Source: Deltaproteobacteria bacterium
Lineage (GTDB): Bacteria; Desulfobacterota; Binatia; UBA12015
Length of the DNA: 17,633 bases
Reading direction: 5' to 3'
Assembly: GCA_046583355.1 (NCBI GenBank)
Contig: JAYGCM010000026.1
Span: 1 to 17,633, forward strand
A program made the position numbers and the translations under genes. This document shows positions 16,595 to 17,633 of this stretch, piece after piece. Each line of letters starts with the position of its first letter. Position 1 is the stretch's first letter. Under the pieces are notes generated by a model, which searched no databases, was not told the DNA's origin, and worked only from the letters and a program-made list of their open reading frames with translations.

Positions 16595-16630
16595 GAGAGA
16601 AGTGTGCGCTTGCCACCCCAGAATGGGCAA
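16595..16630 (-). promoter_or_regulatory. Putative leaderless sigma70-type promoter of the Nudix gene
   Basis: TTGCCC-N18-CACACT-N6-ATG on the - strand, preceded by an A-rich tract (AAGAAGAAAAGAAG); no SD. Confidence 0.35.
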
Positions 16631-16695
16631 CTTCTTTTCTTCTTGTCCGGGCAGATTTTTTCCGCGTGACCTCTATCGTGTTTGCGCCAGCGGAC

Positions 16696-17633
16696 TCAGT
16701 AGCCCGAGAGTGTCGCCCAGCGCGCGCGGTGCCAGGCCGCGTCGCCGAAGAGAAGCTCGGTGCTGCGGGCGCGCTTGAGGAAGAAGCCGATATCATGCTC
16801 ATCGGTCATGCCGATGCCGCCATGCATCTGTACCGCCTCGTTGGCGACCAGCATGAAGGTGTCGGAGAGAGTCGCCTTGGCGAGTGAGGCGAGACGCGGC
16901 ACGGCCGTGTCGCCAGCGTCGATCGCGCGTGCGGCGCCCATCACGGCGGAGCGCGAGAGCTCGACCTGCACGAACATTTCCGCGGCGCGATGTTTGAGGG
17001 CCTGGAAGCTGCCGATTTTCACGCCGAATTGCTCGCGCTCGCGGAGGTATTCGAGCGTCATCTCAAAGGCGCGGCGCGTGCTGCCGAGCATCTCGGCGGC
17101 CAGCCCGACAAGTGCGCGGTCGAGGATCGCATCGAGCAGGTCCGCACCCTCGCCGACCTGGCCCAGCACTGCATCGCTGCCGACCTCGACGCCATCGAGC
17201 ATGACGATGGAGGCGCCACGCGAATCGATCAGGCGCTGGGGCTTCTTTGCAAGGCCGCCGCTGCCCGCATCGACGAGAAAGAGGGTGATCCCGGCGCGGT
17301 CGCCATCGTCACCGCTGGTGCGTGCGCTGACGATGAGATGGTCGGCAGCAGGGCCGTCGAGCACGAGGTCTTTGGCCCCGCGCAGCCGCCAGCCCGCGCC
17401 GGCGGACTCGGCCTTTGTGGCGACCTGATGCAGCTGGTGGCGCGCGCCATGTTCGTGGTGGGCCAGAGCGAGAAAGGTCTCGCCGGCCGCGACGCCGGGG
17501 AGCACGGCCTGCTGCTGCGCCTCGGTGCCGCCCAGAAGCAGGGCATTGGCGCCGAGGAGAATTGTGCCCAGGAAAGGCTCGGGTGCGAGCGAGGTGCCGA
17601 GTTCTTCGAGAACCACGACCATCTCGGCATAGC
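16696..17633 (-). CDS. Acyl-CoA dehydrogenase family protein, 5' end outside the window
   Basis: Frame is open to the window edge (..YAEMVVVLEELG). Motifs YLREREQFGVKIGSFQALKH and AVQMHGGIGMTDEHD; ends ELLFGDAAWHR. Confidence 0.92.
   Translation of the reverse strand, partial: YAEMVVVLEELGTSLAPEPFLGTILLGANALLLGGTEAQQQAVLPGVAAGETFLALAHHEHGARHQLHQVATKAESAGAGWRLRGAKDLVLDGPAADHLIVSARTSGDDGDRAGITLFLVDAGSGGLAKKPQRLIDSRGASIVMLDGVEVGSDAVLGQVGEGADLLDAILDRALVGLAAEMLGSTRRAFEMTLEYLREREQFGVKIGSFQALKHRAAEMFVQVELSRSAVMGAARAIDAGDTAVPRLASLAKATLSDTFMLVANEAVQMHGGIGMTDEHDIGFFLKRARSTELLFGDAAWHRARWATLSGY

Noticed and set aside
16598..16645. TTGCC...GGCAA inverted repeat followed by a T-rich tract, as a + strand terminator
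   Set aside because: Weak stem and no + strand gene upstream to terminate; better explained as the Nudix promoter region on the - strand.
1..17633. CRISPR array, tRNA/rRNA, IS, integrase or defence system
   Set aside because: No spaced direct repeats, RNA-gene signatures, or transposase/nuclease motifs seen; nearly all sequence is accounted for by metabolic CDSs.

Overview
GC-rich bacterial window; the gene mix resembles an uncultured Myxococcota/Deltaproteobacteria-type genome, but this is an impression only. Left arm (- strand): TetR regulator and D-aminoacylase-like amidohydrolase, divergent from a cyclophilin. Centre (+ strand, 3337-13601): a tightly coupled 8-gene lipid/fatty-acid operon encoding an enoyl-ACP-reductase-type SDR with an insertion, FabH, FabZ, a variant FabF, an ACP with an NS motif, a PlsC-like acyltransferase, a PPTase, and a 1623-aa single-chain acyl-CoA carboxylase (BC-BCCP-central-CT) resembling eukaryotic ACC. 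The operon has no FabD or FabG. A PHP-type (CehA/McbA-like) lipoprotein follows. Right arm (- strand): a partial acyl-CoA dehydrogenase, a Nudix gene broken by one in-frame TGA at codon 17 (the ORF track reports only the part after the stop), and a small 2-TM protein; the last two have leaderless-type promoter geometry. No RNA genes, CRISPR arrays or mobile elements were seen. All family calls come from motif reading, not database searches.
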